Positions 38,193 to 46,971 of a stretch of DNA of 64,000 bases are shown here, piece by piece. Below the pieces are notes generated by a model, which was not told where the DNA came from, made no database searches, and saw only the letters and a list, made by a program, of their open reading frames with translations. Location: positions 2,656,001-2,720,000 of the forward strand of contig OY820591.1 of the NCBI GenBank assembly GCA_963555985.3, written 5' to 3'. Source of the DNA: Dehalococcoidia bacterium. Its GTDB lineage: Bacteria > Chloroflexota > Dehalococcoidia > Bin125. How positions within the stretch are numbered: the first letter of the stretch is position 1; the number at the start of each line of letters is the position of its first letter. Made by a program: the position numbers and the translations under genes.

Positions 38193-39860
38193 ATGCCGAC
38201 ACTCGAATTCAAGGGCAAACAGCACATTTACGCGCATCACCTGACCGTGCCCTACAGCCCGCTCGTGGTCGACCCGCAGAAGAGCCACCCTCCCGCCGCG
38301 AGCGCCGACGACGCCGAGCTCGTGCCCGACGACAACCTGATCATCCACGGCGACAACCTCCGCGCGCTCAAAGCCCTACTCCCCCGCTACGCCGGCAAGG
38401 TCAACTGCATCTACATCGACCCGCCCTACAACACCGGCAACGAAGGCTGGATCTACAACGACAACGTCAACAGCCCGATGATGAAGCAGTGGTTGGAGGA
38501 TAACAGCCCGGTCGACAACGAAGACCTGGAACGTCACGACAAATGGCTTTCCATGATGTGGCCTCGAATGCAGCTGTTCCACGAGCTACTGACACAGGAT
38601 GGTGTGATCTTCGTTTCGATCGATGACAACGAGCAAGCACACCTTAGGGCGTTGATGGACGAGATATTCGGCGAAGAGAACTTCCTCGCCACGCTGATCT
38701 GGCAGCATCGGACGGGGCGAAGCAACAACGCGCGACGATTCTCAAATCAAAGGGAGATGATCCACGTATACAGGCGTTCCCCAGAGGTGGACTACATTCG
38801 AGTCGCTCGATCAGCAGCGCTAGATGACACGTACTCGAATCCGGACGACGATCCGAACGGTCCTTGGACCTCGGCATCGTACGTGAATCCGGCGACTAAA
38901 GAGAAGCGACCTAACCTCGTCTACGATATCGCCAACCCACATACCGGCAGCCGAGTGTCGCACCCGACCCATGCTTGGAAATACAGTTACGAAACGCACT
39001 TAGAACACGTGCGTGACGAAAGGCTGTACTGGGGAGCCGATGGGAACATGAGATATCCGCGGTTGAAAAACTACTTACGGAATGCAACCGGCATTGTGCC
39101 TATCGATCTGACCCTTTCTGCGGAATCGGGCACGACTGATGCTGGAACACGACTACTTAATTCGATTTTCGATAGCACTGATGTGTTTCCTAATCCCAAG
39201 CCGGTCGACTTGATCGCCCACTGCATTAGGGTCTCAGACGGCGTAGAACGAAGTCTGCAAGAGGGAAGTACGATCATCCTCGACTCGTTCGCCGGCAGCG
39301 GCACCACCGCCCACGCCACGCTCGCCCTGAACAACGAGGACGGCGGCAACCGACGCTTCATCCTCGTCGAATGCGAGGACTACGCCGACTCGATCACCGC
39401 CGAGCGCGTCCGCCGCGTGATCGGCGGCGTGCCCGAGGCCAAGGACAAGGCTCTGAAGGCTGGGCTCGGCGGCTCGTTCACCTACTGCACCCTGGGTGAT
39501 CCGTTCGACGCGGAAAGCCTGCTCAACGGCGAGGGCCTGCCCGACTATGAGACCCTGGCCGTCTTCCTGCTGCACACGGCGGCCGGCCTCTCGCTCGAAC
39601 CCGACGCACTGCGCACCGCCCGCAACGACCAGCGCTTCTACCGGACCGAGACGACCGACTATTACCTCTACTACGAACCCGACATCGAGTGGCTCAAGGG
39701 CGACGAGGCGATGCTGACGCCCGAACGGGCGAAGCAGATCCAGGCGGTTGGCAAACCGGCGACCGTGTTCGGCGCGGGCAAGTACCTGAGCCAGCGTGAG
39801 TTGACCGAGATGGGCATCACCTTCTGCCAGCTCCCCTACGAACTGTTCAAGGGCGGCTAG
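38193..39860 (+). CDS. mod: Type III restriction-modification methyltransferase (Mod)
   Basis: MPTLEFKGK, IIHGDNL, IYIDPPYNTG, IFVSIDDNE, PKPVDLI, ILDSFAGSGTT (beta-class order). Confidence 0.92.
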   Translation: MPTLEFKGKQHIYAHHLTVPYSPLVVDPQKSHPPAASADDAELVPDDNLIIHGDNLRALKALLPRYAGKVNCIYIDPPYNTGNEGWIYNDNVNSPMMKQWLEDNSPVDNEDLERHDKWLSMMWPRMQLFHELLTQDGVIFVSIDDNEQAHLRALMDEIFGEENFLATLIWQHRTGRSNNARRFSNQREMIHVYRRSPEVDYIRVARSAALDDTYSNPDDDPNGPWTSASYVNPATKEKRPNLVYDIANPHTGSRVSHPTHAWKYSYETHLEHVRDERLYWGADGNMRYPRLKNYLRNATGIVPIDLTLSAESGTTDAGTRLLNSIFDSTDVFPNPKPVDLIAHCIRVSDGVERSLQEGSTIILDSFAGSGTTAHATLALNNEDGGNRRFILVECEDYADSITAERVRRVIGGVPEAKDKALKAGLGGSFTYCTLGDPFDAESLLNGEGLPDYETLAVFLLHTAAGLSLEPDALRTARNDQRFYRTETTDYYLYYEPDIEWLKGDEAMLTPERAKQIQAVGKPATVFGAGKYLSQRELTEMGITFCQLPYELFKGG

Positions 39861-39863
39861 ACC

Positions 39864-42431
39864 ATGCAGCTCAAGGAATACCAGTCCGAGGCGCTTGACA
39901 CGTTCAGCCTCTGGCTGCGCGCGCTCGAACAGGCCCAAACCAAATCGCAGGCCGCAGCCGCAGCCCTGCGCGACGTCGGCCTCGATCCGCCGGAGGACGT
40001 CACCAACTATCCCAAGCAGGCCTGGCAGTCTCTGCGCGACGAGGGAGAACTGCCCGCCGGAGCCGGCGCCTACGTCTCACGCACCGACGACGCCGATCGC
40101 CCGATCCCCCACGTCTGCTTCAAAGTCCCCACCGGCGGCGGCAAAACCCTGCTCGCCGCCGCCGCACTGGAACGGCTCGGGCGCTCCACTGGCTTCACCC
40201 TCTGGATCGTCCCCACCCGCGCCATCTACGACCAGACCAAACGCGCCCTCTGGGATCGCGAACACCCCTACCGCCAGATGCTCGAACGCGCCAGCGGCGG
40301 GCGCGTCAAGCTGCTCGAAAAAGACGACCCATTCACTGCACAGGATGTCGAGCACTACCTCTGCATCATGCTGCTGATGCTGCCCGCCGCCAACCGCCAG
40401 CGCGGACGCGACTTCCTCAGAATGTTCCGCGACAGCGGCCGCTATGAGTCCTTTTTCCCTGAACGCGACATGGCGTTGGCCGACCAACAGTTGCTCAATC
40501 AATACCCCGACCTGGAGCGCGCCACGACCGAGGGGCCGGTCAAGGAAAGCCTGTTCAACGTCTTCAAGATGCTCCGCCCGATCGTCGTGCTGGACGAAGC
40601 GCACAAAGCCTACGGCAAGCGTCAAGACGCCAACCAAGAGTTCGTGCGTTCCGTCAACCGCCTCGATCCGCAACTCGTGATCGAACTCTCCGCCACGCCC
40701 AATCGAGGGATCAGCAATCTACTAGTCGATATCGACGGCCCCGCGCTGCACAACGAGGAGATGATCAAGCTGCCGGTACAGGTAGCGACCACGCAGAACG
40801 ACGACTGGCCCTCCACGTTGCAACGGGCGCACGACGAGTTGGAGCGTCTGCAACAGGCCGCCCGCGAACTCGAAGAGAACGAGGGCCGCTACATCCGCCC
40901 GATCGCGGTCGTGCGGGTCGAGCGCACCGGCAAGGATCAACGCGACGGAGAGCGCATCCACGCCGAAGACGCGCGCGAGGCGCTGCAACAACTCGGCGTG
41001 CCCGCCGACCAGATCGCCATCCAGGCCAGCGGTCAGCACGACCTCAAGGACGTCGATCTGCTCTCGCCCCTGATCCCGATCCGCTGGATCATCACCAAAG
41101 CGGCCTTGATGGAAGGCTGGGACTGCTCCTTCGCCTCGCTGCTGGTGCTGCTCGACAACACCCGCGCCCAGACCGCGATCACGCAGCTGATCGGCCGCGT
41201 CATGCGCCAGCCCCACGCCAAGAGGACCGGCCGCACGGAACTGGATCAGTGCTACGTCCACTGCTTCAACACCGATGTCGGCGACGCTGTGGCCAGCGTC
41301 AAGCTGGGCCTGGAAAACGAGGGCTTGACCGGCTTGTCCGACCTCGTCCTGACCGCCGGCGGCCAACTCCAGTCCACCACCATCTCCCGTCGCGAGCAGT
41401 TTCGCAACGAGACCATCTTTCTCCCGCTCGTCACTCACCGCGACGGCGCCGGTTGGCGCGAACTCAGCTACGCCCGCGACCTGCTGCGCGAAGTCGATTG
41501 GGAGCAAATCGGCCCGCCCGACATCCAGGCGGCGACCGGCGGCGGCGCATCCATCTCCCGAGCCACCGTCATGCTCGGCGAGCACGGCCTCACCCCGCAA
41601 TACGATCAGCCCCGCCGGATCGAGGTCGACACGAGCGTCAAACTCTCCTGGTACACGCGCCGTCTGGCGGACGTAGTTCCCAATCCCTGGCAAGCGGGTC
41701 GGATCGTCGAAGACATGATCGAGCGGCTGCGCGAGGCCGACCAGTCGGACGACGACATCTACGGTCAGCGCTCCCACATCGCCGCCGTCCTGCGCGAACA
41801 CGTCACAGAAGCGATCCACCAACAGACGGAACAGATCTTTAAGCGCAAGCTGCGCCACGGTGAAGCCAGGTTCGATCTCACCACCGACATCAAGCACCGA
41901 CTCCGCGAGGAGTCCTACGAAGTCCTCTACAACGAAGCAACCGACGCTCCGCTCGATCGTCGGCCCGACAAGCCGCTGCAACTGAGCCTGTTCACGCCGC
42001 AGATGCGCAGCCAGTACGACTCCGATCTCGAGCGCCGCTTCGCGCGCTATCTCGATGAGCAACGAGCCATCCAGTGGTGGCACCGCATCGCCCTCCGGCA
42101 GCGCGGCGAGTACGCCCTCCGCGGCTGGAAGCAGTACCGCATCTGGCCCGACTTCATCGCCATCGCCACTCCGGCCGATCAAGGCAAACGCCTGCTCGTC
42201 TTCGAGACCAAAGGCGACCACCTCCGCGAAACGGACGACACCAAGTACAAGCAGAAGGTCTTCGAGACGCTCCAGTTGGCGTTCAATCGGCGCACACGAG
42301 AAGTCAACGAACAACCCCAAAACAGCTACGGCGCCGTCACAGTCCGCGACGGCCCGATCCGCGGCGCGTTCGAGTTGATCTTCGACGAACAACCCTTCAC
42401 TGCCGTAGAACGCGCGCTGGCGATCCCCTGA
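39864..42431 (+). CDS. res: Type III restriction endonuclease (Res), SF2 helicase plus nuclease
   Basis: VPTGGGKT, DEAH, LSATP, EGWDC, QLIGRVMR, C-terminal WPDF...FETKG; starts 3 nt after mod. Confidence 0.92.
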   Translation: MQLKEYQSEALDTFSLWLRALEQAQTKSQAAAAALRDVGLDPPEDVTNYPKQAWQSLRDEGELPAGAGAYVSRTDDADRPIPHVCFKVPTGGGKTLLAAAALERLGRSTGFTLWIVPTRAIYDQTKRALWDREHPYRQMLERASGGRVKLLEKDDPFTAQDVEHYLCIMLLMLPAANRQRGRDFLRMFRDSGRYESFFPERDMALADQQLLNQYPDLERATTEGPVKESLFNVFKMLRPIVVLDEAHKAYGKRQDANQEFVRSVNRLDPQLVIELSATPNRGISNLLVDIDGPALHNEEMIKLPVQVATTQNDDWPSTLQRAHDELERLQQAARELEENEGRYIRPIAVVRVERTGKDQRDGERIHAEDAREALQQLGVPADQIAIQASGQHDLKDVDLLSPLIPIRWIITKAALMEGWDCSFASLLVLLDNTRAQTAITQLIGRVMRQPHAKRTGRTELDQCYVHCFNTDVGDAVASVKLGLENEGLTGLSDLVLTAGGQLQSTTISRREQFRNETIFLPLVTHRDGAGWRELSYARDLLREVDWEQIGPPDIQAATGGGASISRATVMLGEHGLTPQYDQPRRIEVDTSVKLSWYTRRLADVVPNPWQAGRIVEDMIERLREADQSDDDIYGQRSHIAAVLREHVTEAIHQQTEQIFKRKLRHGEARFDLTTDIKHRLREESYEVLYNEATDAPLDRRPDKPLQLSLFTPQMRSQYDSDLERRFARYLDEQRAIQWWHRIALRQRGEYALRGWKQYRIWPDFIAIATPADQGKRLLVFETKGDHLRETDDTKYKQKVFETLQLAFNRRTREVNEQPQNSYGAVTVRDGPIRGAFELIFDEQPFTAVERALAIP

Positions 42432-42464
42432 AAATCGCTTCAGTCGCATGCGCCACCCCACCCC

Positions 42465-42705
42465 AAACCTGCTACCCTCAGAACAACCGTACCGCCCAAA
42501 CGCCCGGAAAGCGCCGGCTCATGATCCACCGTTCCCCGTTTTTCCCCGCTGCCGCCCCTCACTCACATCCAGCCGCGCCTGAACAAACCCGAACGAACCT
42601 GAATCCCCCGAACACGCAATTCCCCCGTAAAACACAGGAGATCAGCCCGTTCTTCCCCCACCCCCCGGCAAAGAAAAAAATTCTCCCTGAACACCCTGAA
42701 CGCCC
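42465..42705 (+). repeat. Dispersed CTGAAC-motif element, copy B
   Basis: CAGAACAACCGT...CCTGAACAAACCCGAACGAACCTGAA...AACACAGGAGATC...AAAAAAATTCTCCCTGAACACCCTGAAC. Confidence 0.65.
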
Positions 42706-42792
42706 GCCCAGCCGCCGCGCCGATCGCAGAGAGACGCCATGACCATCAAGCGCCTACCCTGGAACGCGAAGCCACCCGACAGGAGACCGCCC

Positions 42793-43200
42793 ATGGGCGC
42801 CGTCCAAGTCACCGTCACGATCCGCAACCCCGCCGACCGCAGCCGCGAGTGGAGCGGCCTCTTCCTCGTCGACACCGGCGCCACCGACAGCCTCGTGCCC
42901 AGAAAACACCTCGAGCAAATCGGCCTCGAGCCGATTGGAGGACGACAGTACGAGCTCGCCGACGGCAGCCCCCTCCGATTGCAAATTGGCGTCGCTGAAA
43001 TCGAGTTCATGGGTGAGGCCGTCGGCGGAACCGTCATGTTCGGCGACGACGACGCCGAGCCGCTCCTCGGCCTAACCGCGTTGGAGTCGGTCGGAATCGA
43101 GGTCGATCCCGTCAATCAGCGCCTCAAGCGTCTCCCCGCCGTCAGGCTCAAGCGCCTGCGCCCCTCCATCAATCCGCCTGAACAAACCCGAACGCCCTGA
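42793..43200 (+). CDS. Clan AA (retropepsin-like) aspartic protease
   Basis: LVDTGAT, YELADG, EPLLGLTALES.G.EVDP; AGGAG RBS before ATG 42793. Confidence 0.88.
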   Translation: MGAVQVTVTIRNPADRSREWSGLFLVDTGATDSLVPRKHLEQIGLEPIGGRQYELADGSPLRLQIGVAEIEFMGEAVGGTVMFGDDDAEPLLGLTALESVGIEVDPVNQRLKRLPAVRLKRLRPSINPPEQTRTP

Positions 43201-43207
43201 ACGCCGC

Positions 43208-43849
43208 TCAGCGCCAAACCTTCCCCAAATCCACCCGCAAACCCTCCGCCACATCCTCCCCGCTCAGCGACCCAGGACGCTCCAAACATTCCGCCTCCGA
43301 CCCGCCCGCCCGATACACCCAGACCTCGCCCTCACCCGTAAACGGATCAATCAACCAGCCAAGCCGAGCCCCAGCCGCCATCCACTCCTCCATCTTCTCC
43401 CGCTGCCTACTCAACCGCTGCCCCCGCGAGCGCACTTCAACCACCAGGTCCGGGCACAAGAACCACAACCCTTCATCGTCGGTGTCGACCGCCTCAAGGC
43501 GCTCATTGCTGACCCACGCGGCGTCCGGGTCCCGGGCGGAACCGATCGAGAGCGAGAACCCGCTGCCCGGGCCAAACGACTCCCCATTCTCAAGTCGATC
43601 AGACCATTGCAGTATCTGAGCAGCGATTCGGGCGCTTCGCCTGCCGCTGTTCGTCCCTGGTGGAGGTGAAATTTCCAACGCCCCTTCCAGATTGCGCTCG
43701 AAATGCCACGGTTCGTTGAGCTCGCTGAGCTCAATCAGCAGTTCGTCGCTAATCGCTCCGGCTGGAAACCGCAAGACGATCGGAGCGCCCCCTGCGACGA
43801 TCGCTGGAGGCGAGTCTGCCTGCTCCGCTTTGGGAGGCGCCTGGACCAT
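43208..43849 (-). CDS. Uma2-family endonuclease
   Basis: RDPDAAWV...CPDLVVEVRS...KMEEW..AGARLGWLIDP. Confidence 0.9.
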   Translation of the reverse strand: MVQAPPKAEQADSPPAIVAGGAPIVLRFPAGAISDELLIELSELNEPWHFERNLEGALEISPPPGTNSGRRSARIAAQILQWSDRLENGESFGPGSGFSLSIGSARDPDAAWVSNERLEAVDTDDEGLWFLCPDLVVEVRSRGQRLSRQREKMEEWMAAGARLGWLIDPFTGEGEVWVYRAGGSEAECLERPGSLSGEDVAEGLRVDLGKVWR

Positions 43850-43858
43850 GCTCCGATC

Positions 43859-44449
43859 CTAGACAGTCACCGGCTTCGTCGCCGGACGCTTGGACTCGAA
43901 CTCGGCGATCAGCTCGTCGTGCGCCAGCGTCAGCGAGATATCGTCGAGACCGTTGAGCAAACAATGCTTCACGAACGGCGCGATCTCGAACGAGCGCCTC
44001 CAACCACCCGGAGCCGTCACCGTCTGCTCGGCTAGATTGACCGTAATCGGCGTGTTCGACTCCGACTCGACCATCCGCATCAACTCTTCCACGTCCGGCT
44101 GCGACAACTGGATCGTGAGCAGTCCCATCTTGGCCGAGTTGTTGCGGAAGATGTCGGCGAAGCCGGGCGCAATCACCGCCCGCACGCCCATCCCCTGAAT
44201 CGCCCAAACCGCGTGCTCGCGTGACGAACCGCAGCCAAAGTTCGGCCCCGCCAACAGGATCTGAGCGCCCTGATACTGCGGCTGATTAGTCACAAAATCC
44301 GGATCCTTCGCCCACGCCTCAAACGCGAACGGCCCATAGCCCGTCCGCTCGATCCGCTTCAGATACTTGGCCGGGATGATCTGGTCGGTGTCGACATCGG
44401 CGCGGTCAAGCGGCAAACCGGTACCGCTGAAGGTCGTGACGGGGTCCAT
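43859..44449 (-). CDS. leuD: 3-isopropylmalate dehydratase small subunit
   Basis: DVDTDQIIPAKYLK, NFGCGSSREHAVWA, FADIFRNN, LLNGLDDI; GGGAGG RBS before ATG 44449. Confidence 0.97.
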   Translation of the reverse strand: MDPVTTFSGTGLPLDRADVDTDQIIPAKYLKRIERTGYGPFAFEAWAKDPDFVTNQPQYQGAQILLAGPNFGCGSSREHAVWAIQGMGVRAVIAPGFADIFRNNSAKMGLLTIQLSQPDVEELMRMVESESNTPITVNLAEQTVTAPGGWRRSFEIAPFVKHCLLNGLDDISLTLAHDELIAEFESKRPATKPVTV

Positions 44450-44469
44450 AAGCGATTCCTCCCAAGAAT

Positions 44470-44522
44470 TCTCTCCCCTCGCAGTGCGGGGGGAGATGTC
44501 GCGCAGCGACAGAAGGGGGTCC
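44470..44522 (+). repeat. REP-like repeat (family A)
   Basis: CTCCCCTCGCAGTGCGGGGGGAG-ATGTCGCGCAGCGACA-GAAGGGGG. Confidence 0.8.
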
Positions 44523-44571
44523 GGCACGCACCAAACCCGACACGAGCCTACGCCCTCGACTCCCACCGAAG

Positions 44572-45516
44572 CTAGCTGGCGAAGAACTCCCGCATCACCG
44601 ACTCTGTCTGATCCGGCAGCTCTTCCGGCAGGAAGTGCCCGCAGGGCAGGCCCACGCCGGTCACGTTGGTGGCCCAGCGATGCCAGGTCGCCATGAAACG
44701 GCCGCGGCGGTTCGGTTGTCGGGCGGCGCCCCAGATCACGAACAGCGGGCAGCTGATCTTCTTGCCCTCAGCGCGATCGGCCCGATCCAGTCGCAGGTCG
44801 AAGCGCGCGCCGGAGCGGTAGTCCTCGCACCAACTGCGCACGGTCTCCGGATCGTTGGCGGCGGCCAGATATTCCGCCATCGCCGCCTCGGTGAAGACGG
44901 TCTGGCCGTCCTCGCCGGCCCAACTGCCCAGCATCCGTTTGAGAAAGAACTCCGGCGCGCCATTAATCAGCGTCTCCGGCAGCGGCGCCGGCTGCGCGAG
45001 GAAATACCAGTGAAATCCGCCCAGACCGCCCGCAATCCCCATCTGCTCGAACTGTTCGGCGGTCGGAACGATGTCGAGCAACGCCAGACGCTCCACCCGC
45101 TCAGGATGATCCAGCGCAAGCCGGTACGACACCCGCCCGCCGCGATCATGCCCGGCGAGCCGGAACGTGTCGAAGCCCAGATCAGCCATCAACTCGACCA
45201 TGCAGCGCGCCATCGCCCGCTTTGAGTACGCCTCTTGGCCGCCGTCGCCCGGCGGCGAATCGCTCGCCCCATAACCGAGCAGGTCGGCCGCCACAACGGT
45301 GTGCTGCTCAGCCAAGCCGGGCGCGATCTTGTGCCACATCGCTCCCGTCTGCGGGTAGCCGTGCAACAGCAGCAGCGGCGGTCCCGAGCCGCCCACGCGG
45401 GCGAAGATCGGCCCCGTCTTGTGCTCGCGAAAACCAGGGAACAACGTTTCGGTATCGGGCATGGGCGTGGCCGGTTCGCTGTGAGGACCTGAGTGATCGA
45501 TATGGTAGCCGCTCAA
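44572..45516 (-). CDS. Alpha/beta hydrolase, haloacetate dehalogenase-like (start uncertain)
   Basis: LLLHGYPQT, AYSKRAMA, GHDRGGRV (Asp nucleophile followed by Arg), FHWYFL, CEDYR, GHFLPEE. Confidence 0.88.
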   Translation of the reverse strand: MSGYHIDHSGPHSEPATPMPDTETLFPGFREHKTGPIFARVGGSGPPLLLLHGYPQTGAMWHKIAPGLAEQHTVVAADLLGYGASDSPPGDGGQEAYSKRAMARCMVELMADLGFDTFRLAGHDRGGRVSYRLALDHPERVERLALLDIVPTAEQFEQMGIAGGLGGFHWYFLAQPAPLPETLINGAPEFFLKRMLGSWAGEDGQTVFTEAAMAEYLAAANDPETVRSWCEDYRSGARFDLRLDRADRAEGKKISCPLFVIWGAARQPNRRGRFMATWHRWATNVTGVGLPCGHFLPEELPDQTESVMREFFAS

Positions 45517-45540
45517 TCCGGCACCGCCGCCTGCGAGCGG

Positions 45541-46059
45541 TTAGCCAAACGCCGCCCAGACCGAAATCGCAGCCAAAATCAGCGCGGTGCCGGCCGCCAC
45601 TGCGCGATAGACCTTGGTCTCGAATTCGGCGAACCGCACATCGACCTGCGCAAACCGCACATCCATCTGCGCTTGAAACTGATCGAAGCGAGCATCCATC
45701 TGCGCTTGGAACCGGTCGAAGCGGGCGTCTATCTGCGCCTGGAACTGGTCGAAGCGAGCGTCTATCTGCGTCTGAAACTGCTCGAATCGGGCATCTGTCT
45801 GCGCCTGAAACTGCTCGAACCGGGCGTCTGTCTGCGTTTGGAACTGGTCGAACCGGGCGTCCATCCGTTGCGTCAACGCCTCGAACCGAGCGTCCGATCG
45901 CTCCCGTTCGATGTTCAGCTGCTGCGCCAACTCATCCTCGCTGGCGGCTCGAGCAAAATGCTCAGAGATCGCCGTCGCCAGCGCCTCCGCAGACGCCCGC
46001 GGCACTTCGCCTGCTACGAGGATGTTGACGATTTCCAGCCGGTCCGTCGTCACCGCCAT
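45541..46059 (-). CDS. Coiled-coil protein with 11-aa repeats and C-terminal membrane anchor (DUF1640/CCDC90-like)
   Basis: DARF(D/E)QFQ(A/T)Q(M/I/T) repeats and hydrophobic C-terminal tail; GGAGG RBS. Confidence 0.75.
   Translation of the reverse strand: MAVTTDRLEIVNILVAGEVPRASAEALATAISEHFARAASEDELAQQLNIERERSDARFEALTQRMDARFDQFQTQTDARFEQFQAQTDARFEQFQTQIDARFDQFQAQIDARFDRFQAQMDARFDQFQAQMDVRFAQVDVRFAEFETKVYRAVAAGTALILAAISVWAAFG
45622..45894 (-). repeat. Coding tandem repeat, about 7 x 33 bp plus 2 x 21 bp
   Basis: Visible in both DNA and protein of 45541..46059. Confidence 0.85.
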
Positions 46060-46103
46060 GGCGGGGGCCTCCGCTGACTTCAGGCTATCAGCCGAGACGC
46101 CGG

Positions 46104-46853
46104 CTAGAGCGCCACCGTACCGCTGATCGCAGGCTGCAACGGATCGCAGATATAGCGAATCCGGGGCAACGTCACGTTCGCAGTCGTGTACGACGCCACG
46201 ATCGGATACACCGGGCGCAACCGCGGCGCGTTCCAGTAGCCGCTGTCAAAAGCGTCGATCTGCGCCCGCCCCCGATCGGCGCGGCTGACCCGGAAGTCAG
46301 GATCCACCTGCACCAGCCAGGGTTTGGTCTCACCCTCCCGCTCGACCGTCGCCAGGTGCATCCCAGCCGTATAGAGCAGATCGCCGTTGCCGATCGGCAC
46401 CGGGTCGATCAACTGCGCCGCGAGCACCGTAACGTTGCCCTCGGTCACCTCAATCGACTGCCGGTCATAGCGCTCGCGCAGGATCGGTTCGCCGATCGTG
46501 ATCGGAAAGCCCCAGCGCGACTTCAGCGCCTCCGCCGCCTCACCTTCGGTGCAGACGACCCGTGTCGGCAGCCCGCGCGGGCGCACCGCCGCGCGGCAGC
46601 CCACCCGCACCATTGCGAGCGTGAACGCGCCCAGCGGTCCGTCCTCGGCCCGAATGCCGATCACATGGACGGTCGGCGGGATCGTAGGGTGCAATGCCGG
46701 CGGCAAGAGATCGGCCATCGAGGCATCGTCGATCTCATAGATCACCTGGAGCACCTTCACATCGGGCAGCTCCAGCGGTTCGGTCTCCAGGTTCGCCATC
46801 GCAGGGGCGAATTGGAGCAGGTCGGCAGGATCAGCAGCACCGTTGATCGGCAT
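46104..46853 (-). CDS. Acetoacetate decarboxylase-like family protein
   Basis: LLPPALHPT.P, GPLGAFTLA...C, WGFP pattern; downstream of the LLM gene. Confidence 0.6.
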   Translation of the reverse strand: MPINGAADPADLLQFAPAMANLETEPLELPDVKVLQVIYEIDDASMADLLPPALHPTIPPTVHVIGIRAEDGPLGAFTLAMVRVGCRAAVRPRGLPTRVVCTEGEAAEALKSRWGFPITIGEPILRERYDRQSIEVTEGNVTVLAAQLIDPVPIGNGDLLYTAGMHLATVEREGETKPWLVQVDPDFRVSRADRGRAQIDAFDSGYWNAPRLRPVYPIVASYTTANVTLPRIRYICDPLQPAISGTVAL

Positions 46854-46892
46854 GTACAGCCTTTCTCAGATCTCTCCACTCCCCCCGCAAGA

Positions 46893-46947
46893 TTCTCTCT
46901 CCCCCCGCTTGCGGGGGGAGATGTCGCGTAGCGACAGAGGGGGGTCT
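46893..46947 (+). repeat. REP-like repeat (family A)
   Basis: CTCCCCCCGCTTGCGGGGGGAG-ATGTCGCGTAGCGACA-GAGGGGGG. Confidence 0.8.
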
Positions 46948-46971
46948 GCAACAGCCCGTCTGCATCGGCAA

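Noticed and set aside
42575-42705. GAAC repeats as LexA boxes
   Set aside because: Neither the GAAC-N4-GTTC palindrome nor GAAC-N7-GAAC spacing is met, and the downstream genes are not SOS genes.
45622-45894. 33-bp repeats as a CRISPR array
   Set aside because: Contiguous in-frame coding repeats without unique spacers; no cas genes.
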